A stretch of 63,927 nt of DNA, filler included, from Cercozoa sp. M6MM (Eukaryota > Protista > Endomyxa: Ascetosporea): NCBI GenBank assembly GCA_040357565.1. It is 5 parts of 5 records of this genome, joined end to end, with 100 filler letters (N's around TTAATTAATTAA, not from the genome) between each part and the next. Parts side by side here need not be neighbours in the genome. Positions count along the whole stretch, not along the records: positions 1 to 11,104 come from JBDODJ010000415.1; positions 11,205 to 39,870 come from JBDODJ010000138.1; 3 more parts are not named here. One strand, written 5' to 3'. Position 1 is the stretch's first letter. The number at the start of each line of letters is the position of its first letter. The translations under genes and the position numbers were made by a program. The notes beneath the pieces were generated by a model. The model ran no database searches and was not told the DNA's origin. It worked only from the letters and a program-made list of their open reading frames with translations. This document shows, in pieces, positions 1 to 13,254 of the stretch.

Positions 1-46
<46 letters not shown>

Positions 47-48
<2 letters not shown>

Positions 49-272
49 TCCTGGAAGCCGAGTTCGACTCGCTGTCGTCAGCGCTGGGCCACGGCACCGA
101 CTTGCTGTCGGAGGAGGACGTGCAGTGTAGCTTTGCACCTTAGCCTTCCCCCACCCCGACCCCTTTACCTTTTTACCCGTTTACCCCCACAACCTGTGTG
201 TCTGTAGCGAAAGATGCCGTATCCCTGTGGTTCGCAACGATTGCCGAACGCGTGCGTCTCAAGCTCCCATGA
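47..272 (+). CDS. 3' end (last two exons) of a hypothetical protein, partial
   Basis: After a (CA)n intron and CAG acceptor: FLEAEFDSLSSALGHGTDLLSEEDVQ, a GT-AG intron, then KDAVSLWFATIAERVRLKLP-stop. No family recognised. Confidence 0.45.
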
Positions 273-542
273 GATTGGGACACAGAGAAATGTAAGAATC
301 GAGCGACTGACGTGAGTGCCGTGCTCGTCCCTATATATGTACCGTATCCTTCGCATCCGATCGCGTGGCACGCCCGAGCGAATTATGAATCTGAACTCAA
401 CTGGACTGAATATTAATCGAATCGAATCGAATAACGAAATGCGAATGCGAATCGAATGATTGAGTTATTGTGTATTGTGTTCGCGATTTGCGATCGATTC
501 GGTCGCATCATTCATTGCTGCGCCGCTGTTGATTCGATTCAG

Positions 543-1106
543 TTACCGCGCCGCTGTTGGTTCGCGTGTCGAGTCTCGGCGCCGGTGGAGACAGCGTGCG
601 ACACCGGCGAGTGCACAAACAAGTGCACCAAGACCCCAAATCGCGCTTTGGCCAATCAGCACGGCACTGGGAGAAAGACAAAAAGTGCAAAGTTTTGACA
701 TTTTCATATTCATATTCTGGCAATAGAGCAAGCAAACTCACTTGACTTCATCGATGTCCCACTGGTACAAAGACAGCAGTGTCAGCGCCAACGACACCGC
801 AGCGCCAAATGGCGCGCAGCAGGCAGAAAACCCAAGCAGGATTTTCTGCGCTCAACATTGTTTTGTGTTTCGGGGGGAATGATGGCGCTGTACTCTGTAC
901 TCCTCGTCTGAATACATGGAATCGTCACGATGTCCAATGTGAGACAATGCTGTCATAGACATGAATGTCCACGCCATTGTTGAAAACGTTCCGGCAAAGA
1001 ACGAGATGGCACCGCTTGCCTGTACGAAAACAACAACGAAATGCTGTCTGCTTTCCTTGTCGGTTTTATTTCCATTTTGTACCCACGCGGCGCCCGCGCT
1101 GACCAT
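543..1106 (-). CDS. Small multi-pass membrane protein, weak resemblance to Vps68/TMEM50; start uncertain
   Basis: Spliced hydrophobic segments GTFSTMAWTFMSMTAL..., KILLGFSACCAPFGAAVSLALTLLSLYQW, VLIGQSAIWGLGALVCALAGVAR separated by GT-AG introns. Confidence 0.4.
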
Positions 1107-1317
1107 GCACCGTCAGCCGTACAATATCACAGAACTACTGTCACTGTCGTGCGCTGGGCAGAGCATTAAAAATCACGACTCTTCTACATATAGTTTTTTC
1201 TGATCGCGCCTTTCGTTTTACAAGTGTCCAACAGTGATGATACAAGACATAGACTTGGGTGCATGAGCTATGGAACGACGCCGCGCGAACGGAATGGTTT
1301 CGCAGCCTTCTGTACGC

Positions 1318-4300
1318 TTATTCATCGTCGTCCATCTGTGAGAGCATCTCCTTGGCCTACAAGCAACGCCGGAACGTAACATTTTAAAATGTGATTCACT
1401 CGTTTGTCGGAGTTGTATCTACCTGAGCGTGCTCTTTTTGGGTCGCCTTGTAGCGGCGCAGCACCTGTCAAAAGAGGATACAGTGATTTTACGAGATACC
1501 CAAGGAGCGTACCTGCTTTGCTTCTGCGACTCGGCCAAGTTTGTTCAAGGCCGCCGCCAACGGACTGGACAAATCGGTTCAGTTTGAAAAAAAAAAACTG
1601 TCCAGGCTTTAAAGTACCGATCTTCATGAATCGAGCGTTCCAAAAGCTCGACGTAATCATGAAGCGACAGTTGGCCCGTCTGGATGGCCACTTGCAACTG
1701 CATCTGTCGCTGGCTCAAGTCACGCAGGCGTTTCTCCTGTCCACGCGGATGCGGAATTTACCGAAACTTCTGAGGATTATAATGATTGTTGCTACCTCCT
1801 TGTTCGCAAGTTGCACGAATTGCTGCTGTTTCGCCTTTGGTGCCTGCCAGCAATCATTTTAATCCTCAGAAGTTTAAATGACGAAAAAAGCGAGGAGTCA
1901 CACCTCACGCGCCATGCCTCTGTACTCGACCAGTTTGTTCTGTGCCTCCTCAACTCCTGCACAACACAAAGGATTGTTGAAACTCGAAATTAAAAAAGAA
2001 CTCTGAGTAAAAGCTACTTTAACTTTGAAAGTTTTCGTTGAAAGCAAAAGCATACCAATTTGCAAAGCTTCCGCCGAAGCGTAAAGCGGTACAGCGAGCG
2101 GGTTTGCCAGCACGACTTCCGGAATTCCTGAAACGGCCTGCGCTGCAGGAGCATTCATTGCACGCGGAGATTCTTGCTGCACTTGCGGTGCTTCTTGCTT
2201 TCGAGGCGGTTTCTGCTGTGCGGGCAACAGAACGATTGGAACTTCGTGTTCTTGTTTCTGCTCGCCTTCGAGAGGTCGTCGGGTGCGCAACTTGAGTTTC
2301 AAATGCGCCACCACGTGCCTGCAGAAAAGCGATAGCTTCGAGCAACAAGATAAGTAGAATGCAGTGTACCGATCGTCATCAACAACAGCCACATTGTGCG
2401 CAACGTCGCATTGTTTCAGCAACTCGCGCAACTTGAGGGTCGCCGTGCCTGTTCAAAACAATCTTTGACTTTCTGTATTTGCCTGCTCGCACAAAAAGTA
2501 CCAAGACATGTGTCGCTCCACAAGGTGCGCTTGTTGTACAGCGAGAACGACAGCGAACTCGATCGCAAGTAACGCTGAGTTTTGCGATCACGCCTAAAGT
2601 CGTTGAAAGAAACCTCATCAATCGGAGACAGAGAAACACAACTGAAAGACACCTGAAGTTGCCGACCAGCTTGTGCGGACACTGACGCATATCGATCTTG
2701 CCTCCCTGTGGAAGAAGAAACTGATTTACTCGACTGATTATCGGGGAAAACACGTACAGCAAAGAAGGGCGCACACTCGTCCCAAGTAACGTACAGACTG
2801 GCTCGCTGGTACTTCTGCAAGCAAGATCTAAGTTGCATTTAATGAGCACAGAAACACGAGAAATACCGAATCCACTGGCGTGATTGATTCGATTTCAAAG
2901 TGAATCTTATCGTCGGCTATGTCACTACAGTTTCAATCGTTGAAACGACGATAAATAAGAAAAGACAAAGGTGCTGACAATAGAAGTACGTGTTTCGAAC
3001 GGAGACAGCGACCGTTTTCATCGAACGTTCCACTTGCGGACACTCCAGCACACTCTGAATCCCAACCGATGAGGTTTCTGTCAAACGTCTCCGCAGAAGT
3101 GAGCTACCTCATCTGTCTCGAGTTGAGCCAAACGAGCTTGCGAGCTCTCAGTCTAAAGCAACCATTGACTTCTCAGACCAATGAAACAACACACTGAAAG
3201 CACCAGTTTCTGCAGTCGAACGAGCGAACGTGCCGTGTCCCTGCAACAAATTAACCCGAAAAACAACTTGTGCAAAAGAGAGAAGGAACCGGTCGCCACA
3301 CTGCAAGGTCGCACGCGCCAACTCACCGCACCGATCGTGCTGCAGACAAGGTTCGACAACGGAAACAGACACAAGTTAAAGTAAAGCACCTGTTGTTGCA
3401 ACTGCTGCGCGAGATCGCGGAAGTTGTGTCGCTCAGCTTCGCTTCGTTCTGGCTTCGCGGGCGGCGCGATTTCGACTTTAGCAGCTTCGGTTTCTTCAGA
3501 TGGCTTCAGTGCCGGCGGAATGCCTTCCTGCACCAAAGGGTTATCCAGGTGTGTCAACGGCTTCAAGAACTAAACAAACCCAGTTGACAGAGTCGGTGTC
3601 GCCAACGATTACTGCAGCCTGTAAGAATTTAAGTAAAATATGTTTCGGCCAAAAGCGATCCGTCACGATTGATCAGTCAAAATTGATCAGAGATAAAAAC
3701 GAACCGAACTCCATAAACTAGAATACCTCAACTTGCTGCAGCGCTTTGTATTGGGTAAACAGTTTCTTGGCCAGAGTCATGTCGCCCTGCTTTCTTGCTC
3801 GCTGCATTCACTCGAAAAAAGCAGAAGCACGATAAGCGAAATCGAGAAAGAAGGAAGGAAGAAGGAATGAAAGCGCACCACAGTGGCGACCTTGTAGTCA
3901 TGAATGCGACGTTCAATGGCACCAATATCCAAAACTTCGGACACAGGCGTCGGCGACTTCTGTTGCACGACCTGTTGTGTTTTAACAGTCTTTTCCACAA
4001 ATTCGGTATTTTGCTCCACTGGCGTTTCTTCACTTTCTGCTCGTGAAAACGATTAAAACTGCAAACAAGAATATTTGAAAGGCACCAAGCAGCTCAGCAG
4101 GCGGCAGTTCCGGAAGATCATCGAGTGACAGGACGTCGCCGTCCAGAAGCATTTGTTTCATGTCGTTCAGCAGTTCGATGTTATCGCACAAACTTTCGTT
4201 TCTCGGGTGCCTTTTGAGCAAGCTTTGGTGCATTTGGAGACACTAAAACACGTCAACGTGTGATACAAAGCGAAAAGAAGCGAAAAAAAGCAGTCACCTC

Positions 4301-5718
4301 TTCAAGCGCTGCCATGGTGAGCACGTCTTCCTCTTCGTCGGCGTGCTTGCTGTCATCATCACCGATCGCAGCGATCAACGCATCCACAGCAGCTTCCTTC
4401 TGGCCCACTGTGCAGTCCATCAGTTTAACAGATCAACAACCTCAGTTTGCTACCTAATTTTTCTACCTCCAGAAACAGGCGTGGCAGGCGCAGGCGACGG
4501 CGGCGTTTTCTGCAACTAAAAAAAGACCGATCGAAAACAGGAGAAAAAATGGAAGAAAGAAACCTCCTGCGGCAACTGTAGCCACTCTTCCTTTGTCAGA
4601 ACCTTGCTTTCACTAATCAAAAGATAGGGGAGGGGGGAGGGGAGGGGAGGAAGTCAAAGTGAACTCACTCATCACGCAACGCAACGAAAGTGCCATGGAG
4701 TTGTTTCAGCTGCTCAAGCAGCTCAGCGGCCATTGCATCATTTTGAGTCGATTTCGCCTGACGTACGGCGTCCTATTTATAGATACGGTTGTGCAATTGT
4801 CCATTTGGACTGTCTATATTGTACACACACTAGATTTCGTACCTTGTAACTGGTGGCACGCGAGGCAATCACGCGTTTCTGCTCGGAGTTCGTCGCTGCG
4901 TCTTCGGGCAGTTCCTGGAGATTTCGTATTTGTCACAGTCAAAAAATACAAAGAATAACAGGGAAATACAAAGAATAACAGGGAAATACAAAGAAACACT
5001 ACAGGTGCGAGCGACTGTTCCAACTGCGCAATCTGCGACTCAAGTTCCTTGCTGCGTCGCAACAAGTCCAGCGCTTCCTGTCGCTTGCCTGTCCATTTTA
5101 ACGTCCATTAGTACCGTCCAGTTATATGGTCTAACCGTACAGTACATTAGCACAATACTCTGTGTACCAGCACGATTGGCGAGTGCTGCCTCGCGACGCA
5201 AATTTTGACGATCAGTTCGCAGTTTCTCCAGGCGCTGCTCGCTGCAGAAAAACCAGAAAGAGTCGAAAAAGCTGAAAGCAAAAGCAAAGGTAAAATTAAG
5301 ATACGGAGACAACTTTGCAGAAGCTTTAATGCGTCGTTCTTCCAAAATCAGCGCCTAAATCCAAAATTCATAAGCAGGGCGATCGAAACAAAATAAGACG
5401 ATCAAGCACCCTCAACTCAGGATCATCGACGTCTTCAGGATCCAGTTCCATCTCATCAAGGGAGCCTCCACCTGTCTCTGTAGACCAAAGTGTGTTCAAG
5501 CATCATAAACATTAAAACAAACCACAAGTCGTACCATCTGCATGTGCACCATGAGCTTTTAAAAGGGCGTGCATGTCGTTGTCATCGCCCAACGCTTCCT
5601 GTCTCGGGTTAAATCGTTGGTGCACAGGCGCATCAAATTAAAACAGTACCATCGCCTCTTCAAACGGTTTGTCGGCATGCGCCATGAGACGCGCGAACTC
5701 ATCGTCGGAATCCGTCAT
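1318..5718 (-). CDS. CC2D1: CC2D1/Lethal-giant-discs-like protein (DM14-like helical repeats + C2 domain), multi-exon
   Basis: Acidic N-terminus (MTDSDDEF...LDPEDVDDPEL); DM14-like LRREAALANRAG/KRQEALDLLRRSKELE; C2-like end SLSFSLYNKRTLWSD...GTATLKLRELLKQC...LKLKLRTRRPL; C-terminal LQVAIQTGQLSLHDYVELLERSIHEDRPLAAALNKLGRVAEAKQVLRRYK, as in CC2D1 family tails. Confidence 0.7.
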
Positions 5719-5994
5719 GTCAGGTCTGTGTACTCAAAGCGAAAATGAGCACAAAAATCAACAGCACAAACTGCATCTATACCAGTTTCCAGCCGGTTTC
5801 CTCGTATCAACACAATAGCTACACGCCCCAGCACAGGCAAGTTTTCTAGTACAGTACAATACTGCACCCAGAGCCGAAACAATCCCCTGTAGCCGGCAGC
5901 CGCCCCAACGAACAATGCGCTGAATTTAACGGCCGGCCGGGAATGATGTCGATGCAGTTCTACGACCTCTACGTGACAAACACTAACAAGTCGG

Positions 5995-7274
5995 TCAGTC
6001 GTCAGCGCGGACATCGAGTCCAAGTCGCTTCACAGCGGCCTTAGCGTCATCGTGCAGTTTGAGCACAAGCGAGTCGTGCTCGTGTCCCGCAGCAGCGCAC
6101 TGCTCATTGTCCGGATCGTTCAACGACACCTCACCGTGTTCTTCAAGATCACGCATCACCTGGTCAACATTTACGTAGAGAAACGCTAAGACAGAAAAGG
6201 AAAATAAAGATACGTGTGCGAGCGTGTGCCAGCGAGGGAACTCAAACAGGGGCGTGCGATAGAAGGGCGGTGCGCAGAAGTGCATGTGCAGATGCTTGAC
6301 CTAGCAGTCAAGTGATGTCAGACAGAAGGGCTTCGCAAACTTGTTTTAAGTTAATTTGAAGCAAGTTGTACGGAAACAGGATAGTTGAATCCAATGACGA
6401 CTTGCTCGTCAATGCTGCGAACCAAACAAATAAAACGAAGCTTACTTTCACCAAAGTTCTCAAAAAACAATACTCTGTAATCTGAGCCAGATTGCGTCGT
6501 TTGATCTCAGCCTTTCCTGCTTCGTAGAGTCGTTTCAACAAAGGACTAAAAAGCAAAGTCGAATCAAGCACAAGCCGACTCTAACCAAAAAGGTACATGT
6601 GCTCGCGTGTCAGAGTGTTAATATCATCAATCACTTCAATTGGAATCGCCTAAACAGAGGCATTTCGTGCACAGCAAAAACACATCAGAGAACAAAGAGC
6701 GCACCTGGAAGTGATTGTCCGACACTGGGAAAGCATCATCGAACAGCAGGATCTAAAATGCTCAAATCAGCATTATTGGTCAGAACTAAAGCAGTTAACG
6801 AGTCGACTACCTCTTCATCGCGATAGAGAATCTCCACGTTGGTCATACGGCCAGCAATGATGTCCAAGAACACGTTGCTGGGCGCTTCCTTGATGTCCTC
6901 TACAGAAAGCCGAGTTATTTTTTACAAAGAGTTTTGGCGATCAAACGTTTAGTTTACCATCAACGAGTTCGAAGGCACAAGCCGTGCACTTCTGCTCAAT
7001 TCATCTTCTAAACATAAATTGTGTCAAGTTAAATGCACGATTACGTCGACAGTGAGCGTGTTTGGTTTGTCGCACTGCAATCCAAGAAGAATCAAGCAAC
7101 TGAAGTGCGTGCAAAATTTGTGTAGGTTACCACCGGACAGAATTTCTTGTAAGTTTTGCCTTCTTCTTGTTCGACGATACCGTTCTGCGAGACCACAGAA
7201 GAGTGCAGAAACACGACTCCTCAAAGTGGGAAAACACGCACCTCGGCACGCTTCCGCGCGATCATGTCGGACAT
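5995..7274 (-). CDS. HIT-family (Hint3/DcpS-C-like) hydrolase with N-terminal C4 zinc finger
   Basis: Spliced: KFCPVCDKPNTLTVDKCTACAFEL (CxxC-x10-CxxC), NVFLDIIAGRMTNVEILYRDEE, and histidine triad PSVKHLHMHF. Confidence 0.8.
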
Positions 7275-7566
7275 TGAAAAACTATCTTCTGAAATTGCTG
7301 TGAATCGACTGTTCTGCCTCACTGAACGAGCTGTCAGTGATTGAATCGCAGAATAAACAGCACCAACACGCCGCCGCATCCACTTAACTAGTATGAGACA
7401 CTCGATTAATGTTTTGAAAAACGCAGACTAAAGTGCGCGGAGTTCAAACCATACCCCCCTTTTGCCAGTTTCAACGTGAGTCGGCGTGTTAAGAAGCTCT
7501 GGATCGTGGAAAAGTCGCAAGCATCTTGCTTTTAGTTCACTTCAGCGCTGACTTGTCAAAAATCAA

Positions 7567-10500
7567 ATGGCCAAGGGTGAGCAAACTTGTGATGGGTTTG
7601 CGGACTTGTCAGTTGGGTCTGACCAGATACTTTAAGTTTCCTGACTTTAGCGGTGCGCGAGTGCGATGCCAAGCGACTGCTGCGGCAGTGCATGAGTGGC
7701 TCAACGTCGCCAGTGCCGGATTTTGTTCACATCGGACCTGAAACTGTACCAGCTCATCAATGTGCTTTGAAAACTTCACTGTCAAAGATAAATTATTGAA
7801 TATTTAGGATCTGGAAGAACTTCCGCAAAAGCACCCGGTACTTTGAGTTTCGGCAAAAAGACGAACCTGGTTGATTAAATGGTCACATTTTCAGTGGCTT
7901 CTTGAGTCGCGCTTGGTGGCCAAGCCAGACCAGTTGATCAAGCGTCGTGGCAAAGGAGGCCTCGTGCTGTTGAACAGGTGCCCCTTGTTTTAGTATTAAA
8001 AAACACGAAAGCCTGTAAAAACATAATGTGCTGAGCAGCGACTGGAGCGAAACCTTGCAGTGGCTCAGCGAGCGACGCAACAAGAAAATCGAAGTCGACG
8101 GAGTCAGTGGATTTTTGTACCTTCTCACTTTCGTTGCTTCTTGAACTTTGCAATTTTCAACTGAACAGGAAGAACTTCTTGGTGGAACGTTTCGTGCCGC
8201 ACGAGCAGAAACAAGAATTTTACGTGTGCATCGTGTAAACTCTTTTTTCGCCTTTTTGATCGGCCTTTGTATTTTGCATTTGTTCAGGTCAACACGTGAG
8301 TACGACGAGGTGCTCTTCTGTCCCGAAGGCGGTGTCGATGTCGGCAATGGTTTCTTCTGTTCTTTGTTTCGTTTGGCTGTGTGTTTTGACTGATCGACTG
8401 GATTGGTTGGACTGGTGCAGTTGACGAGAAGGCGCGTCGTGTGCGCGTCGCTATGGACGCTGCGTTGACCGAGAAGGACTTGCAACCTGTGCTTGCGGAC
8501 GTGTCGGAAGCACCTGTATGTTCATTGATCACAAAACACTCAATTATCAGCGCCCCGATAATCGACCAGTGTGTGCTGTAGGCACTGAGCAAGTACCTGG
8601 TGGACCTTCACAAGTGCTTCGTGCAAACCCATGCGACCTACCTCGAAATCAACCCACTCGTTGTGCTGAACGATACCTGTGTCGCTCTGGTTCGTTTTCT
8701 GCCTCGTGTGTCGTTTTTAAATATTTTTTGGTGTTTCGCAGGACTGTGCGATGAAAGTTGACGAAGCAGCGCACTACACTTGTGCCAGCGTGTGGCAGCA
8801 CTTGGATTTCCCGGATCCCTGGGGTACCTTGATTTCTTTGCTTTTGAGAATTGTCGAGCTTTTTGTGTGATGTCGAATTCTTGCAAAAGGCCACGACGTG
8901 GGCGATTCGCTCGCTGCTCAAGCTGAGGAACATGTCGCTGCTCTGGTATGGACAAACAATTCATACTCAGACGCACAAGTAGTATAATGTGTTCTCAGGA
9001 CGCAAAAACTGGTGCATCACTAAAACTGACAGTTTTGAATCCGCGCGGACGCATCTGGCTCATGGTGGCCGGTGAATTTATTTCTAAACCCACAACTTGA
9101 CCGGCTCCTTTCATTGGGTGTCTTCTGCAGGTGGTGGTGCCTCGGTGATCTACTCGGACACTGTGGCGGACTTGGGTATTCCGCGCTTCTGTTTCTTCAC
9201 TTTTTAAAGTGAGTCAATTTTGTGAAACAGGGGCTTCAAAGGAACTTGCGAACTACGGCGAGTATTCGGGTACTTTTGCAACAAGAGCAATACAAACAGG
9301 TCCGGTTGATATTTAATTATCACAGGCGCTCCGACGCAAGACTTGACCTACCGCTATGCGCACACGATTATGTCGCTTATGTGCGCTCACGCTGATGTGG
9401 AAAACAAGGTTTGTCTTCTCTTGTTTGCATGACACACAATTTTACATTAGCTTTCCTGCAGGTTCTCATCATCGGTGGTGGCATTGCCAACTTTACCGAT
9501 GTGGCTGCCACCTTCAAAGGCATCGCTCGCGCTCTCCGCGAATTCGCTCCTCAACTGCGCGAGAGTAAACTGAGCTTTTTGTGTGTGAGGATACCTTTTT
9601 TGCAAAGCTGCTTTCTTTCGCAGTGAACACGCGTATCTTTGTGCGTCGTGGTGGCCCCAACTACCTGCAAGGTACCACTCACAAGTGTCAACACATCTTA
9701 CATCTTACGCTTCAACGGTCTTTGCTTGTGGCAGGCTTGCAAGTCATGCGTGATGTCGCTGCCGAGACTGGTCTTAACATGCTCGTGAAGGGCCCGGAGT
9801 CGCACATGACTGAAGTGGTGCGCTTGGCACTTCAAAACGATGACACCAGCACTCTGCAGAGCCCAAGTGACAAGGTGCAAGAGACTGCCGAGCCGCAGGT
9901 TGAAAACACGACTCCTGTTCGGTGACTTTCGCTTGCTTTCGCTTATTTTCTTTGATTTTCCTTGATTTTTCTTGATTTTTTTTTGATTTCGCTGTTGCGT
10001 AACATAGCATAATTTTACCTACTTGGGCACCGTGAGCTAAGTTTGTCTTTTGACAGTTCGCGTGCTTCGTCGCGCGATATGACTCCCGAAACTGACCCTG
10101 TGTGGAAGCAAAAACACGGTGCGTTGCTTCTTTCTTTCCGCACAAACTGTTTTGTAAATTTGATTTTTATGTGTCCACAGAGAGTTTGTTCAGTCGTCAA
10201 TCGCGCGCAATTGTGTTCGGAATGCAGCCTGCCGTAAGTTGATCTGCCGAACAAACTTGTTTGTCAATAAAAAACAGAATAGTTTGTTTTTAATTTGTTT
10301 TAGGCGGTTCAAAATATGCTGGACTTTGACTACATCGCCCAGCGTGAGCAACCGTCTGTAAGTCGTTCACAGGATACACTTTGGATCGATTTCGATCAAT
10401 CCCGATCAATTTCGATCAGTTTTGATCATCTTTTGGTTTTTGCAGGTCGCATGTATTGTGTACCCGTTTGCAAGTGGCACACACCGTCGTGCCTTCTTCT

Positions 10501-11024
10501 GGGGTGCCTCTTGTTTCACTTTTCAGTCAATTTTACTCTTGGAGGTGATTGGGGGATTTTGCAGGCGCCGAGCGAGTGTTGCTGCCGGTGTACCCGTCGT
10601 TCGGCGAGGCGATGCAGCAGCACCAGGATGTCGACATTGTCGTGAACTTTGCCTCGCAGCGTTCCGCGCTCAAGGTGGACAGTTTTACCCTCTCCCCCTC
10701 TTACCCTCTTTTACTTCCTCCTTTACAGACGACACAGGAGGTTATGCAAGACCCGCGAATCCGTTTGGTCACCGTGGTTGCCGAAGGCGTTCCTGAACGA
10801 CATGCGCGCTTGTTGGCCAAGGTAGTGTTTAATCTTTACCCCCTATCCCCTTTACCCCCTTATCCCCTTTACCTTATCCCCTTTACCCCCTTATCCCCTT
10901 TACCCCCTTATCCCCTTTACCTTATCCCCTTTTCCCCCTTATCCCCTTTACCCCTTTCCTCCAGGAGGCAGCTGAAGCGAATGTGACGCTGATTGGACCG
11001 GCGAGTGTCGGCGCTGTGTGTCCG
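7567..11024 (+). CDS. ACLY: ATP-citrate lyase, single-chain (fused) form, 3'-partial at scaffold gap; about 25 introns
   Basis: Spliced [115 protein letters not shown], then [30 protein letters not shown] in the same gene. Confidence 0.96.
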
Positions 11025-11104
11025 GGTAGTGTTTTACCCCTGTTTACCCCCCCCCCCCCCCCTGTTTTCCCCTGTTTACCCCACTGTTTACCCTTTACCC
11101 CCTG

Positions 11105-11203
11105 NNNNNNNNNNNNNNNNNNNNNNNNNNNNNNNNNNNNNNNNNNNNTTAATTAATTAANNNNNNNNNNNNNNNNNNNNNNNNNNNNNNNNNNNNNNNN
11201 NNN
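11105..11203. other. Artificial scaffold linker (N-run + TTAATTAATTAA + N-run)
   Basis: Six-frame stop linker between N runs; the same linker recurs three more times. Confidence 0.97.
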
Positions 11204-11223
11204 NTTTACCCCCCCCCCCCCAG

Positions 11224-13207
11224 GCGTTGGAGAAGGCGGCGGCGCAGGCGAAACAGACGCCGCAGGAGCGTTTGGACGCACTGCTGGACAAGGGTGCCTG
11301 GGCTTTATCCCCCTTTACCCCCCTGTACCCCTCGAGTGAGAGCAGAGTGGGACCGGGACGACACGGGCGGCTATTTGGACGGACTGGCGGTGGCTACGCG
11401 TCTGCTGCAGCCAGTGTACCTGCGCGTGCTGATGCCGCCCATCACTGGTACATTTGGACCGTCTGTTTGGACCGCCGTTTGGACCGTCTGTTTGGACCAA
11501 AGTGTACTGATTGTACGGTAGGTGTGGACACGAGTACGACACTGGACACGCAGGATCACGACGTCGACATGCAGGGGTAGTTTTACCCCCCCCTTGCCCC
11601 TCTTTACCCCCCTCTTTGTCCCCCTCTTTACCCCCTGTTTACCCCCCTGTTTACCCCCTTCTTTGCCCCCCTTCTTTACCCTGTTTACCCCCCCCCTCCC
11701 CCTGTGACAGTGGCGCCGACCTGCTGCCGCCGGGTCTGTCGCACCAGCACGCCGAGTACTTTTTCGTCGATGATACAGGCGGCTGGCGCGGTCCCTTTGC
11801 CTGGGAGGTACCCTCCCCTACCCTACTACCCTACTAGCCTACTACCCTATTACCTACTACCTTGTGTTAACAACCGTGTGTGCGAACAATCTTGTTGGGA
11901 CTGGGGACAGAGGTTCGCGCGATGGTACGCACTCGGCGCACTCGACTCGGCGCGCGCCATTCGCGTCGGTGCCAAGGTACGGTTCGGTTTTACCCCCCTG
12001 TTTACCCCCCTGTATACCCCCCCCCCCCGTAGGGCAAGAAGCTGCGGCCGCAGAACCCGCGTCTGGTGCGACTCATGGCGCGGCACGAGTGGGCGCGCAA
12101 CCGCACGGTACCACGTGCCCACTGGAGGGCTGACCACGTGCCCACTGAGACCACGTGTTAACTGAGTGGGTCACTGACGGTGTGTGTGTGTGTGCGATCA
12201 GTTGTGGCAAGTCAAGGTGACACCAAACGACGTCGCGCGCGGTCCTTTCACTGCCGCCGCCATGCGTTTCTGGTACTCGCACACACATGTCTGAGTCCAC
12301 TTGGACAGTCCATTGGGACCACTGTCCATCTTGACCGTGTATTTGTACCGTGTATTTGTACCGTCCATTCGTACCGTATATTTGTACCATCTGTTTGACA
12401 GGTACGAGAACGGCCAGTTGCCGCCGGAGGCACTGGTGCGCGAAGTGTCGTTTCCGTTATGCGGACACCGTCAGCGCTACGCGCACGAACACGTGGTACT
12501 CGCGCCCCCTTAATCATATATACACTCTCTCTTAACTACACACACACATGCCCTTTAATACATGCATATATTAGTATTAATATCTTGAAATACTTATACA
12601 TTTATATATATATATATATAGTATATATGTTTTAAAGGTCCTATATATAAATATGTACCACCGCGTGCACCTCGTCCATTTGTACCACTCTGTGTGTGTG
12701 TGTGTGGACAGCAAGCCATGCAGGTGCCGGAGGACACGGCGCACGTGGGTTTCGAGTACGCCAAGGACGCCGTCGACGTGTTCGGCTGCCGCGCCGTCTT
12801 TGTCTACGGCTTCGACGGCCGTCTGGTGCCGCTGCGGTACCTCCTGTGTGACCACTGAGTGACCACGTGGCCTACTGAGTGACCACATGACCCACTGATT
12901 GACCATGTGACCTACTGAGTGCAGTGAGTGGCGACACGTGCTGCGTGCTGCACGCGCGCAGGTGCTGCAGGACACGCTGCTGTCCGAGCAGTCTTCGCAG
13001 CAGCAGACGCAGTTGCAGATGGAGAACGAGCTGCCCGACACGGCCGTGCAGGTGCGCAATGGCGTCACGCTGCGACTGGCACGTCGTGTGGCACGCGTAC
13101 CCTAACTCCTATATATCGATTGTACTTCCACGTATATATGTATATATATATATATGGATACAGATATAGTTATATAATTCATACATATTATATACATATT
13201 ATATACA

Positions 13208-13254
<47 letters not shown>

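Noticed and set aside
11149-11160. TTAATTAATTAA palindrome occurring four times
   Set aside because: Always embedded in N-runs; it is an artificial six-frame-stop linker. Gene adjacency across it is meaningless.
11580-11703. TTTACCCC arrays as telomeres
   Set aside because: Degenerate, internal, bounded by GT/AG within genes, and not matching CCCTAA-type repeats. A telomerase link cannot be shown from this window.
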